Source: Pseudomonas aeruginosa PAO1
GTDB lineage: Bacteria; Pseudomonadota; Gammaproteobacteria; Pseudomonadales; Pseudomonadaceae
Length of the DNA stretch: 64,000 bases
Direction: 5' to 3' (one strand)
Assembly: GCF_000006765.1 (NCBI RefSeq)
Contig: NC_002516.2
Shown here: piece after piece, positions 51,324 through 61,962 of the stretch
Layout: every line of letters starts with the position of its first letter
How positions within the stretch are numbered: the stretch's first letter is position 1
Notes under the pieces: generated by a model
Database searches by the model: none
Told to the model about the DNA's origin: nothing
Seen by the model: only the letters and a program-made list of their open reading frames with translations
Translations under genes and position numbers: made by a program

Positions 51324-53357
51324 ATGTCCGAACCACGCAAGATCCTCGTTACCAGCGCCCTCCCCTACGCCAACGGTTCCATTCACCTGGGACACATGCT
51401 GGAGTACATCCAGACGGACATGTGGGTGCGCTTCCAGAAGATGCGTGGCAACCAGGCCGTCTACGTCTGCGCCGACGACGCCCACGGTTCGGCGATCATG
51501 CTCCGCGCCGAGCGCGAGGGCATCACCTCCGAGCAACTGATCGACGCCGTGCGCGCCGAGCACATGGGCGACTTCGCCGACTTCCTGGTGGACTTCGACA
51601 ACTACCACTCGACCCACTCGGAAGAGAACCGCGAGCTGTCCAGCGCGATCTACCTGAAACTGCGCGACGCCGGGCACATCGACACCCGCCCGGTGACCCA
51701 GTACTTCGACCCGGAAAAGCAGATGTTCCTCGCCGACCGCTTCATCAAGGGCACCTGCCCGAAGTGCGGCACCGCCGACCAGTACGGCGACAACTGCGAG
51801 GCCTGCGGCGCGACCTACGCCCCGACCGAACTGAAGGACCCGAAATCGGCGATCTCCGGCGCCACCCCGGTGCTCAAGGAATCGCTGCACTACTTCTTCA
51901 AGCTGCCGGACTTCGAGGCCATGCTCAAGCAATGGACCCGCAGCGGCGCCCTTCAGGAGTCGGTGGCCAACAAGCTCGCCGAATGGCTGGACAGCGGCCT
52001 CCAGCAGTGGGACATCTCGCGTGACGCGCCGTACTTCGGCTTCGAGATTCCCGACGCTCCCGGCAAGTACTTCTACGTCTGGCTGGACGCGCCGATCGGC
52101 TACATGGCCAGCTTCAAGAACCTCTGCGCGCGGCGTCCCGAGCTGGACTTCGACGCGTTCTGGGGCAAGGACTCCGGCGCCGAGCTGTACCACTTCATCG
52201 GCAAGGACATCGTCAACTTCCACGCGCTGTTCTGGCCGGCCATGCTCGAAGGCGCCGGCTACCGCAAGCCGACCGCGCTGAACGTGCACGGCTACCTGAC
52301 CGTGAACGGCCAGAAGATGTCCAAGTCGCGCGGCACCTTCGTCAAGGCGCGCACCTACCTCGACCACCTGGACCCGGAATACCTGCGCTACTACTACGCG
52401 TCCAAGCTCGGCCGCGGCGTCGAGGACCTCGACCTGAACCTCGAGGACTTCGTGCAGAAGGTCAACTCCGACCTGGTCGGCAAGGTCGTCAACATCGCCA
52501 GCCGCTGCGCCGGCTTCATCCACAAGGGCAACGCCGGCGTGCTGGTCGGCGCCGATCCGGCGCCGGAACTGCTCGCCGCCTTCCGCGAGGCCGCACCGGG
52601 CATCGCCGAGGCCTATGAGGCCCGCGACTTCAATCGCGCCATGCGCGAGATCATGGCCCTCGCCGACCGCGCCAACGCCTGGATCGCCGAACAGGCGCCC
52701 TGGGCGCTGGCCAAGCAGGAAGGCCAGCAGGACAAGGTCCAGGCCGTCTGCGGCCTGGGCATCAACCTGTTCCGCCAGTTGGTGATCTTCCTCAAGCCGG
52801 TGCTGCCGAAGCTGGCCGCCGCCGCCGAAGCCTTCCTCAACGTCGCCCCGCTGACCTGGGCCGACCACCAGACCCTGCTGGCCAACCACCAGTTGAACCC
52901 GTTCCAGCCCCTGATGACCCGTATCGAGCCCGCGAAAGTAGAAGCCATGATCGAAGCCTCCAAGGAAGACCTCGCCGCCGCATCCCAACCCGCCGGCAAC
53001 GGCGAGCTGGTCAAGGAACCCATCGCCGCGGAGATCGACTTCGACGCTTTCGCCGCGGTCGACCTGCGCATCGCCCTGATCGAGAAGTGCGAATTCGTCG
53101 AAGGCGCCGACAAGCTGCTGCGCCTGTCGCTGGACATCGGCGACGCGAAGCGTAACGTGTTCTCCGGGATCAAGAGCGCATATCCCGACCCGAGTGCCCT
53201 GGAAGGCCGCCTGACGCTCTATGTGGCCAACCTGGCGCCGCGCAAGATGAAGTTCGGGGTGTCCGAGGGCATGGTCCTGGCCGCCGGCCCGGGTGGCGAG
53301 GAGATCTACCTGCTGAGTCCGGACAGCGGCGCCAAGCCGGGCCAGCGCGTCAAGTAA
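51324..53357 (+). CDS. metG: Methionyl-tRNA synthetase
   Basis: HLGH, CPKC/CEAC Zn knuckle, KMSKS, C-terminal tRNA-binding OB domain. Confidence 0.98.
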
Positions 53358-53390
53358 CGCAGACCACGAAGCCACGGAGGGCTCGATAGA

Positions 53391-54191
53391 ATGAACGCAT
53401 GGAAGCTTGCCGCCGGCGTCCTGCTGGCGGCGCTCTACGGATGCTCCGCCGAACACGCCGAAAGCGTCTCCGGCAATGCCGGTTTCCAGGGCGAGACGGG
53501 CAAACCCGGCACCGCCCTCGCCTACGAACACCGCGTCGGCATCCGCCTTCCCGCCGCGCGTATCGACGCGCAACTCGCCGCCAGCCGCGACGCCTGCAAC
53601 AGCGAGCGCCTCGGCCAGTGCGACGTGCTCGCCATCGAACAACGCGGCGGTATCGGCCATTACGCCGAACTCACCGTGCGCATCGTCCCGGACGGCGTGG
53701 AGAAGCTGGTCGCGGCCGCTGCCGAGGGCGGCACGCTGGAAAGCCGGCAGACCCGCGCCGAGGACCTGGCCCAGGCGGTCGCCGACACCCGCCAGCAACG
53801 CGAGCGCCTGCAACGCGAGTACCAGACCCTGCAGCAATACCAGGGGCGCAAGGACATGAGCGTCGGCGACCTGCTGGCCCTGGCCAAGGAAATCGCCGCG
53901 GTGGAAGCCCAACTGGCCGACAACGCCCAGGCCGGCGCCCAGCAGCAGCGGCGCATCGCTACCAACCTGCTGACCCTGAGCTTCAGCAGCGAGGCGCAGC
54001 CGGACAGCCGCCTCGGCCAGCTCGCCACGGCCGCCGGGCAACTGCTCGACGACCTTGTCGATGGCACCATCGCCGCAATGAAGTTCTTCGCCTACAGCCT
54101 GCCGTTCCTCGTCGTGCTGCTGCCGCTGGGCCTGTTGCTGCGCGGCCTGTGGCGCTGGTTGCGGCGGCCCGGCAAGAACGAGGCGCGCTGA
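53391..54191 (+). CDS. DUF4349-like lipoprotein with C-terminal TM helix
   Basis: Lipobox LYGC; coiled coil after EDL; hydrophobic C-terminus. Confidence 0.75.
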   Translation: MNAWKLAAGVLLAALYGCSAEHAESVSGNAGFQGETGKPGTALAYEHRVGIRLPAARIDAQLAASRDACNSERLGQCDVLAIEQRGGIGHYAELTVRIVPDGVEKLVAAAAEGGTLESRQTRAEDLAQAVADTRQQRERLQREYQTLQQYQGRKDMSVGDLLALAKEIAAVEAQLADNAQAGAQQQRRIATNLLTLSFSSEAQPDSRLGQLATAAGQLLDDLVDGTIAAMKFFAYSLPFLVVLLPLGLLLRGLWRWLRRPGKNEAR

Positions 54192-54205
54192 GCCCAGGCA
54201 TACGG

Positions 54206-54271
54206 GCGGACCGGGAGGGTCCGCTCTTTCGCCCAGGACCGCCTGACGGGCCTGGCAACTCACAAGGAGGA
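54206..54271 (+). promoter_or_regulatory. Candidate RsmA/CsrA sites in the tse3 leader
   Basis: GCGGACC-GGGAG-GGTCCGC hairpin with GGA in the loop, a CAGGA, and ACAAGGAGGA over the SD. Confidence 0.5.
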
Positions 54272-54277
54272 AGACCG

Positions 54278-55504
54278 ATGACCGCCACCAGCGACCTGAT
54301 CGAGTCACTGATTTCCTATAGCTGGGACGACTGGCAGGTGACCCGCCAGGAAGCCCGCCGGGTGATCGCCGCGATCCGCAACGACAACGTGCCCGATGCG
54401 ACCATCGCCGCACTCGACAAGAGCGGCTCGCTGATCAAGCTGTTCCAGCGGGTGGGCCCGCCGGAACTGGCGCGCTCGCTGATCGCCAGCATCGCCGGGC
54501 GCACCACCATGCAGCGCTACCAGGCACGCAATGCCTTGATCCGCAGCCTGATCAATAATCCCCTGGGCACCCAGACCGACAACTGGATCTACTTCCCCAC
54601 CATCACCTTCTTCGACATCTGCGCCGACCTCGCCGACGCCGCTGGCCGCCTGGGCTTCGCCGCGGCCGGCGCCACCGGGGTGGCCAGCCAGGCGATCCAG
54701 GGTCCGTTCAGCGGGGTCGGCGCCACCGGCGTCAATCCGACCGACCTGCCGTCCATTGCCTTCGGCGACCAGCTCAAGCTGCTCAACAAGGACCCGGCGA
54801 CCGTCACCAAGTACAGCAACCCGCTCGGCGACCTGGGCGCCTACCTGAGCCAGCTTTCGCCGCAAGACAAGCTGAACCAGGCACAGACGCTGGTCGGCCA
54901 GCCGATCAGCACGCTGTTCCCCGACGCCTATCCGGGCAACCCGCCGTCGCGGGCCAAGGTCATGTCCGCGGCCGCGCGCAAGTACGACCTGACGCCGCAA
55001 CTGATCGGCGCGATCATCCTCGCCGAGCAGCGTGACCAGACCCGCGACGAAGACGCCAAGGACTATCAGGCGGCAGTCAGCATCAAGAGCGCCAACACCT
55101 CCATCGGCCTCGGCCAGGTGGTGGTCTCCACCGCGATCAAGTACGAGCTGTTCACCGACCTGCTCGGCCAGCCGGTGCGCCGCGGTCTGTCGCGCAAGGC
55201 GGTCGCCACCCTGCTGGCTTCCGACGAATTCAACATCTTCGCCACCGCCCGTTACATCCGCTACGTCGCCAACCTCGCGTCGCAACAGGACCTGCGCAAG
55301 TTGCCGAAGACCCGCGGCGCATTTCCCTCCATCGATCTCCGCGCCTACGCCGGCAATCCGCGCAACTGGCCGCGGGACAATGTCCGCGCGCTGGCCTCGG
55401 AATACACCTCGCGGCCCTGGGACGACAACCTGTCGCCGGGCTGGCCGATGTTCGTCGACGATGCCTACGCCACCTTCCTCGACCCTGGAATGAGGTTCCC
55501 ATGA
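54278..55504 (+). CDS. tse3: H1-T6SS muramidase effector
   Basis: MTATSDLIESL start, 408 aa, ILAEQRDQ and SIGLGQV lysozyme-like motifs. Confidence 0.95.
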   Translation: MTATSDLIESLISYSWDDWQVTRQEARRVIAAIRNDNVPDATIAALDKSGSLIKLFQRVGPPELARSLIASIAGRTTMQRYQARNALIRSLINNPLGTQTDNWIYFPTITFFDICADLADAAGRLGFAAAGATGVASQAIQGPFSGVGATGVNPTDLPSIAFGDQLKLLNKDPATVTKYSNPLGDLGAYLSQLSPQDKLNQAQTLVGQPISTLFPDAYPGNPPSRAKVMSAAARKYDLTPQLIGAIILAEQRDQTRDEDAKDYQAAVSIKSANTSIGLGQVVVSTAIKYELFTDLLGQPVRRGLSRKAVATLLASDEFNIFATARYIRYVANLASQQDLRKLPKTRGAFPSIDLRAYAGNPRNWPRDNVRALASEYTSRPWDDNLSPGWPMFVDDAYATFLDPGMRFP

Positions 55505-55938
55505 AGACAGTCGCCCTGATTCTCGCCAGCCTCGCCCTGCTGGCCTGCACCGCGGAGTCCGGGGTGGACTTCGACAAGACCCTGACCCACCCGAACGGCC
55601 TGGTGGTGGAGCGCCCCGTCGGCTTCGACGCGCGGCGCAGCGCCGAGGGCTTCCGCTTCGACGAAGGCGGCAAGCTGCGCAACCCACGCCAACTGGAGGT
55701 CCAGCGCCAGGACGCGCCGCCCCCGCCCGACCTGGCGAGCAGGCGCCTGGGCGACGGCGAGGCGCGCTACAAGGTAGAGGAAGACGACGGCGGCTCCGCC
55801 GGCAGCGAATACCGCCTGTGGGCAGCCAAGCCGGCGGGCGCGCGGTGGATCGTGGTCAGCGCCAGCGAGCAGAGCGAGGATGGCGAACCGACCTTCGCCC
55901 TGGCCTGGGCGCTGCTGGAGCGGGCCAGGTTGCAATAG
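55501..55938 (+). CDS. tsi3: Tse3 immunity lipoprotein
   Basis: Lipobox LLAC; ATGA overlap with tse3. Confidence 0.93.
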   Translation: MKTVALILASLALLACTAESGVDFDKTLTHPNGLVVERPVGFDARRSAEGFRFDEGGKLRNPRQLEVQRQDAPPPPDLASRRLGDGEARYKVEEDDGGSAGSEYRLWAAKPAGARWIVVSASEQSEDGEPTFALAWALLERARLQ

Positions 55939-56232
55939 AACCGCTCTCTGCGGAGTGCCGGACGCTCCGTGGAACCTCCGTCGATCCGGGCGGAGCAGCA
56001 TCCTGCTCGGGTTGCGGTAGCGCTTTTTCGCTCAGTCTGCGCCCATCGGATTTTCCCTGAAATATTTTGTTTCATAGTACTGAGACTCAGGCGCGCCGCG
56101 GTTTTCCGGCGATGTGCGCAACAATTTGCACAGTTTTTTTGACGTAGCATCCGCGCGATCACGCACTTCGGATCGAGCACGGCGAACAGGGACGCCAGCC
56201 GTGCAGGTTTTTCGAGAAACAGGGGACAGCGG

Positions 56233-58659
56233 ATGTTCAACCCGGCCAACCAGACCCACTTCAGCCTCAGCCTCGACGGCCTCCGTCACGACCTGCAGGT
56301 TCTCGAATTCAGCGGCCACGAAGGCATCAGCCGGCCCTACCGCTTCGAACTCGAACTGGTCAGCGAGCGCGCCGGCCTCGACCTCGAAGCGCTCATGCAC
56401 CGACCCGCCTTCCTCGCCTTCACCCCGCAGGGCCAGGGTGTCCACGGCCTGGTCTACGGCGCTGCCCAGGGCGATGCCGGCAAGCGCCTGACCCGCTATC
56501 GCCTCACCCTCGTCCCACACCTGGCCTACCTCGCCCAGCGCAACAACCAGCGGATCTTCCAGCACCTCACGGTGCCGCAGATCGTCGCCCTGATCCTCGA
56601 GGAGCACGGCATCCTCGCCGACGCCTACCGCTTCCAGCTCGGCACCCGGTATCCCGAGCGCGAATACTGCGTGCAGTACGACGAAAGCGACCTGCATTTC
56701 GTCCAGCGCCTCTGTGCCGAAGAGGGCATCCATTTCCATTTCCGGCACAGCGCCGAGGCGCACCTGCTGGTGTTCGGCGACGACCAGACGGTGTTCCCCC
56801 GCCTGGGCCGTCCCACCGCCTACGTGCACGACAGCGGGCTGGTCGCCGACGAACCGGTGATCAAGCGCTTCAGCCTGCGCCTGGCCAGCCGCACCACGCG
56901 CACCACTCGCCGCGACTACGACTTCGAGAAGCCGCGGCTGCTGCTGGAGGCCGGCAATCGCCCCGCTGCCGACGCCCCGGCCGAGCCGGACCTGGAGGAC
57001 TACGACTACCCCGGTCGCTTCGTCGATCGCCAGCGCGGCAAGCTGCTCAGCCAGCGCGCCCTGGAGCGGCACCGCGCCGACCGGCGCCTGGGCGAAGGGG
57101 TCAGCGACCAGCCGCTGCTGGTCAGCGGGCACTTCCTGGAGATCGCCGAGCACCCGCGCGCGGAGTGGAACGACCTGTGGCTGCTCAGCGAAGTCTTCCA
57201 CGAAGGCAAGCAGCCGCAGGTGCTGGAAGAGAACGTTACCTCCGACACGTCGGCCAGCACGGACGACTTCCAGCAGGGCTACCGCAACCGCTTCCTCGCG
57301 ACGCCCTGGGAGGTGTTCTTCCGCCCGCCGCTGGAGCACCCGAAGCCGCGCGTGCTGGGCAGCCAGACCGCGGTGGTGACCGGCCCGCCAGGCGAGGAAA
57401 TCCACTGCGACCGCTACGGCCGGGTCAGGGTGCAGTTCCACTGGGACCGCGAGGGGCAGGGCGACGACAAGAGCAGTTGCTGGCTGCGCGTAGCCAGCGG
57501 TTGGGCCGGCAACGGCTATGGCGGCATCGTCATTCCGCGGGTCGGCATGGAAGTGCTGGTGGACTTCCTCGAAGGCGATCCCGACCAGCCGCTGGTCAGC
57601 GGCTGCGTCTACCACGCCGCCCACCCGGTGCCCTACGAGTTGCCGGCGAACCAGACCCGCAGCGTCTTCAAGAGCCTCAGCAGCCCTGGCGGCGATGGCT
57701 ACAACGAGCTGCGCATCGAGGATCGCAAGGGCCAGGAACAGATCTTCGTCCATGCCCAGCGCGACTGGGACGAGAACATCGAGCATGACCAGAAGATCCG
57801 CGTCGGCCACGAACGCCACGACACCGTGGAGGCGAACAGCTACAGCGAGTTCAAGGCCGAGGAGCATCACACCGTGCACGGAGAGCGCAAGGTCGAGCTG
57901 AAGGCCGATGACCACCTGACGGTCGGCGACAGCCAGCACGTGAAGCTCGGTCGTGCCTACCTGGCCAGGGCCGGGCGCGAGATCCACCTGAAGGCCGGGC
58001 AGAAGATGGTGATCGAGGCTGACAGCGAACTGACGGTGAAGGCCGGCGGCAGCTTCATCCGGCTCGACGCAAGCGGCATCGCCATCAGCGGCCCGCTGGC
58101 ACGGATCAATGCAGGCGGCGCACCGGGAAGCGGCTCGGGGATCGCGATCAAGATGCCGTTGACGCCGGGGGCGGCGGACGCCGATGTCGCAGGACGCCCG
58201 CTACAACCCGCCAACGCCGGTCTCCACGCCAGCGATCCGAAGCAGAACGGCGAATACCGCTTCGATATCCGTTTGCAGGATATTCCCGGAGACGAAGGAT
58301 TCCCCTTGATTCATACGCCCTGGCGCATCGTCCAGGGTAAGGAGCACAACCTGGTATTGGAAGGCGAGAGCGACGAGAAGGGACGGTTGGTGCTGGACGA
58401 CACTCAACAGCGTCAGCTATCGAACGCCTGCGAGCGTGCGCCTGGCGATGTCTGGCTGGTGTATCCGGGGCAACGAATAGGCATCCGTCCGCATCGGGAG
58501 CGTGAGGGTTGGGACGCCACGCGCCACGCGCTGGGCGCGCTGGACTTCCATGACACCCTGGGCGGCCAGCGCGCGCCCACCCCGCTCGAACACCAGCGCG
58601 GCAAGCTCGACAGTTGCTGCGAAGGCGACCTTTATTCCCACCTACTGGCCAAGGACTGA
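56233..58659 (+). CDS. vgrG4b: VgrG spike with a C-terminal effector-recruiting extension
   Basis: EGISRPYRF, YCVQYDESD, GRVRVQFHW, IPRVGMEV, FLEGDPDQP; about 150-aa extension. Confidence 0.93.
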   Translation: MFNPANQTHFSLSLDGLRHDLQVLEFSGHEGISRPYRFELELVSERAGLDLEALMHRPAFLAFTPQGQGVHGLVYGAAQGDAGKRLTRYRLTLVPHLAYLAQRNNQRIFQHLTVPQIVALILEEHGILADAYRFQLGTRYPEREYCVQYDESDLHFVQRLCAEEGIHFHFRHSAEAHLLVFGDDQTVFPRLGRPTAYVHDSGLVADEPVIKRFSLRLASRTTRTTRRDYDFEKPRLLLEAGNRPAADAPAEPDLEDYDYPGRFVDRQRGKLLSQRALERHRADRRLGEGVSDQPLLVSGHFLEIAEHPRAEWNDLWLLSEVFHEGKQPQVLEENVTSDTSASTDDFQQGYRNRFLATPWEVFFRPPLEHPKPRVLGSQTAVVTGPPGEEIHCDRYGRVRVQFHWDREGQGDDKSSCWLRVASGWAGNGYGGIVIPRVGMEVLVDFLEGDPDQPLVSGCVYHAAHPVPYELPANQTRSVFKSLSSPGGDGYNELRIEDRKGQEQIFVHAQRDWDENIEHDQKIRVGHERHDTVEANSYSEFKAEEHHTVHGERKVELKADDHLTVGDSQHVKLGRAYLARAGREIHLKAGQKMVIEADSELTVKAGGSFIRLDASGIAISGPLARINAGGAPGSGSGIAIKMPLTPGAADADVAGRPLQPANAGLHASDPKQNGEYRFDIRLQDIPGDEGFPLIHTPWRIVQGKEHNLVLEGESDEKGRLVLDDTQQRQLSNACERAPGDVWLVYPGQRIGIRPHREREGWDATRHALGALDFHDTLGGQRAPTPLEHQRGKLDSCCEGDLYSHLLAKD

Positions 58660-58662
58660 TCC

Positions 58663-61600
58663 ATGTTGCAGAAGAAGCCCTACAACGGCCTCCACGAAAA
58701 GGAACTCAACCAGATCAACCAGCAGGATGGCAGCCCCTGCGTAGCCATTTCCGCACCGGGCTGTTTCATCAAGGGGTCCAACCTCTTTTCCGAAAAGCGG
58801 GCCGGTAACCGGGTCCGCTTCTTCACCACCGGCCGGGACTACTTCAGCGACCTGGCCAGCGCCCTCGACAGCGCCAGTTCGAGCATCTTCATCACCGGCT
58901 GGCAGGTCAACTACGACGTCCTCCTCGACGGCCGCCGCAGCCTCTGGCAGTGCCTGCGCCAGGCGCTGGAGCGCTCGCCCGCGCTGAAGGTCTACGTGAT
59001 GCCCTGGCTCAGCCCTTCCGGCAGCCTCGGCACCTATGACTTCGAAACCATGCTCGCGGTGTTCCAGCTCAACGCCGGACTCGAGGGCGGCGCGCGCGCC
59101 TTCTGTACGCCGGCGATCCAGCAGAGCGACATGCAGGGACTGGGCGTCGCCTTCTCCCACCACCAGAAATCCGTGGTGATCGACAACCGCATCGGCTATG
59201 TCGGCGGGATCGACCTTGCCTATGGCCGTCGCGACGACAACGATTTCAGCCTCGACGCCTCCGGGCGCCGGGGCAACGACGCCTATAATCCCGGCCTACC
59301 GCATCTTGGCTGGATGGCGGAGGACGAACACGTCAGCTCCATGGGCCTGATGATGGCCACCCTGTTCGACCTTTCCAGGCCGCTCGCCAGCCTGACGCTG
59401 CATGCGCCCACCCTTCGCCTGTCGCCCTTCCCGCACATCGCCGCCAGCGACGAACCGCTGCTGAGCATTCCCCTCGCACCCAGCCGCGCCCGCGCCCTCA
59501 ACGGCGCCGCCTACCTTTCCGACCTGTTCCGCAGCCCGATGCTGCCCTCCCTGCAATGGCTCGGCCGCGCCTACAACAGCTCGAAAGAAGGCCTGGACGA
59601 AGGCTTCGAACGGCTCGATGCGCTCAGGCGGCAGATGGTCGCCAGCAGCATCCGCGCCATTGCCAACCTGATCGCCGACAACCTCGACGCCCTGCCCATC
59701 GAGCCTGAACTCGAACGCCGCCTGCGCGCCTGGCTGGAGGAACTGCGCACGGCCGCGCTCAACCTGCCGGAAGCCCTGCGGATCAAGAGCCTGCTCCTGA
59801 TCAACCAGTGGATGAGCGAAACCGAACTGGGCCAGGTCCTGACCCTGATCAGCGGCAAGGGCTTCGAAGATATCCCGCAGAACCTGAGCGGCAAGGCCGG
59901 CGAGTTGGCCGGCTCGCTGTTCTGGACACTCCACAGGCTGATGCAGGCTCGCGCCGGAGGCCACCAGCAACCCTATCGCTACCTGGACGAAGCGCCTCAG
60001 CCATTGGCCTCGCCGGACAACGCCCGGCTGGCCGCCGACCAGCCGCGCATGCCCTGGCAGGATGTGCATTGCCGCATCGAAGGGCCGTCGGTGTACGACC
60101 TGGCGCGCAACTTCATCGACCGCTGGAACGGCCAGCAGGCCTACCTGGCCAAGACGCCGGCGCTACAGGATACGGCGCTGGTACGCAGCGCCCTGGAAGC
60201 CGTGATGAAGTGGCTGAACAGCCTGGCCGCCGCCGCGGGATTGGAGAACTACCTGGACGAGAAGCGCAACCTCCGGCTCGAACTGGACCCACCCACGCCC
60301 TGCTGGATCAACGCGCCGGAACAGTTGCCGCAAGAGCCGGAGGTGCGCCGCGGCGGCATGACCGTACAGGTACTGCGCAGCGCCGCGGCGCGCATGCTCG
60401 AACAGGAGCAGGCCGGCCGCCTCGGCGCGGGAGTGAACCTGCCCTTGCAGGTCGGCGTCTCCACCGAAGGAGTCCAGAGCAACTGCAAGGACGCCATGCT
60501 CCTGGCGATTTCCGGGGCGCAGCAGTTCATCTATATCGAGAACCAGTTCTTCCAGAGCGAGTTCGGCAAGGAAGGCGAAGTTTTCAAGGATCTGCCCCTT
60601 TCAGGCCCCATGGCCAGTCTGCGCGACGTTGGCAGCCTGCGACGCGACTTCGTCGTCCGGATACGCTTGGAGGAAGCCCTGGAGCAGCGCGACCTCTGGC
60701 TGCTGGACTGGGCCGAAGTGGAGAAGATCGCCCAGGAGCCTGGCACCGAGGCCCGCCAGTTCCTCAAGTCGATGCTCGCCATGTGGGGCGTGAACGCCCA
60801 GGGCTGGCTCACCCACAAGCTCGGCGAAGCCCAGCACGGCCTGCTCAACGAGATCGGCGAAGCCCTGGCGCGGCGCATCGAACGGGCCATCCAGCGCGAG
60901 CACCCGTTCCACGTCTACCTGGTCCTGCCGGTGCACCCGGAGGGCGCGCTGAACGTGCCGAACATCATGCACCAGGTGCACCTGACCCAGCAGAGCCTGG
61001 TGTTCGGCGAACAGAGCCTGGTCAAGCGCATTCAGCGGCAGATGGCGCTCAAGGCCCTGGAAGGCAAGTCCGACCCGGCCCAGGCCCGGGAAATCATCGA
61101 GCGCAAGGACGCTCGCGGTCGCCCGGTCTACGAACAGCAGGACTGGAGCCGCTACCTGACCCTGCTCAACCTGCGCACCTGGGCGGTGCTCGGCGGGCGG
61201 GTGGTCACCGAACAGATCTACGTGCACAGCAAGCTGCTGATCGCCGACGACCGGGTGGCCATCCTCGGCAGCGCCAATATCAACGACCGCAGCCTGCAAG
61301 GCGAGCGCGACTCCGAGCTGGCGGTGATGGTGCGCGACAGCGAGCCGCTGACGGTCAGGCTGGACGGCAAGAACGACGCCATCGTCGGCAAGGCCATCCA
61401 CCAGTTGCGGGTGAATTTGTGGAAGAAGCATTTTGGCTTGAGCCAGGGGCCAGGCGGTTTCGTCAAGCCGGCCAGCGAGTTGAGTGCTTATCTGTCCATC
61501 CCGGCGGCTCAAGAGGCCTGGGAAGCTATACAAACATTAGCCAAGGAGAATACTCGTGCCTATGAACGGACTTTCAATTTTATTCCCCAAAATATCAGCC

Positions 61601-61962
61601 AGACTCAACTGCAACTGACTCCAGAGCCGCCTAAAGGATTTGAGGACGGATTTCCCGCCTCCATATGGCCCACCTGGGCATACAGAAAACCTGGCGAGTT
61701 AAGGGCGGGCGGACAACTGATGGAGCCGATGCCATATCAGGAAATCTTCTGGCGCTCATCTAATCTCACTTCGGTGAAAACCTTCCCACCACCCAACGGG
61801 GTTTCCGGTTTCATCACGGCTCTACCAACCAGTTGGACCCGTGGTGAGCGCAATGATTCTGGCTTGAATCTAAGCATCCTGGCACATCAGGACAGCAGAT
61901 CGCTTCCCACCCAGGTCGCCATGAATGGAGATAGCTCGGCACAAGGAAAGCATCGCACATGA
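58663..61962 (+). CDS. pldA: T6SS phospholipase D effector (Tle5)
   Basis: Two HxKxxxxD motifs (HQKSVVID; HSKLLIAD..GSANINDRS); 1099 aa. Confidence 0.95.
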   Translation: MLQKKPYNGLHEKELNQINQQDGSPCVAISAPGCFIKGSNLFSEKRAGNRVRFFTTGRDYFSDLASALDSASSSIFITGWQVNYDVLLDGRRSLWQCLRQALERSPALKVYVMPWLSPSGSLGTYDFETMLAVFQLNAGLEGGARAFCTPAIQQSDMQGLGVAFSHHQKSVVIDNRIGYVGGIDLAYGRRDDNDFSLDASGRRGNDAYNPGLPHLGWMAEDEHVSSMGLMMATLFDLSRPLASLTLHAPTLRLSPFPHIAASDEPLLSIPLAPSRARALNGAAYLSDLFRSPMLPSLQWLGRAYNSSKEGLDEGFERLDALRRQMVASSIRAIANLIADNLDALPIEPELERRLRAWLEELRTAALNLPEALRIKSLLLINQWMSETELGQVLTLISGKGFEDIPQNLSGKAGELAGSLFWTLHRLMQARAGGHQQPYRYLDEAPQPLASPDNARLAADQPRMPWQDVHCRIEGPSVYDLARNFIDRWNGQQAYLAKTPALQDTALVRSALEAVMKWLNSLAAAAGLENYLDEKRNLRLELDPPTPCWINAPEQLPQEPEVRRGGMTVQVLRSAAARMLEQEQAGRLGAGVNLPLQVGVSTEGVQSNCKDAMLLAISGAQQFIYIENQFFQSEFGKEGEVFKDLPLSGPMASLRDVGSLRRDFVVRIRLEEALEQRDLWLLDWAEVEKIAQEPGTEARQFLKSMLAMWGVNAQGWLTHKLGEAQHGLLNEIGEALARRIERAIQREHPFHVYLVLPVHPEGALNVPNIMHQVHLTQQSLVFGEQSLVKRIQRQMALKALEGKSDPAQAREIIERKDARGRPVYEQQDWSRYLTLLNLRTWAVLGGRVVTEQIYVHSKLLIADDRVAILGSANINDRSLQGERDSELAVMVRDSEPLTVRLDGKNDAIVGKAIHQLRVNLWKKHFGLSQGPGGFVKPASELSAYLSIPAAQEAWEAIQTLAKENTRAYERTFNFIPQNISQTQLQLTPEPPKGFEDGFPASIWPTWAYRKPGELRAGGQLMEPMPYQEIFWRSSNLTSVKTFPPPNGVSGFITALPTSWTRGERNDSGLNLSILAHQDSRSLPTQVAMNGDSSAQGKHRT

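Noticed and set aside
51297-54413. 1038-aa antisense ORF, and similar long shadows (56032-57987, 34640-36955, 26492-28963, 18636-20894)
   Set aside because: They mirror well-supported genes on the other strand or frame; stop-poor shadow frames are expected at this GC content and they show no family motifs.
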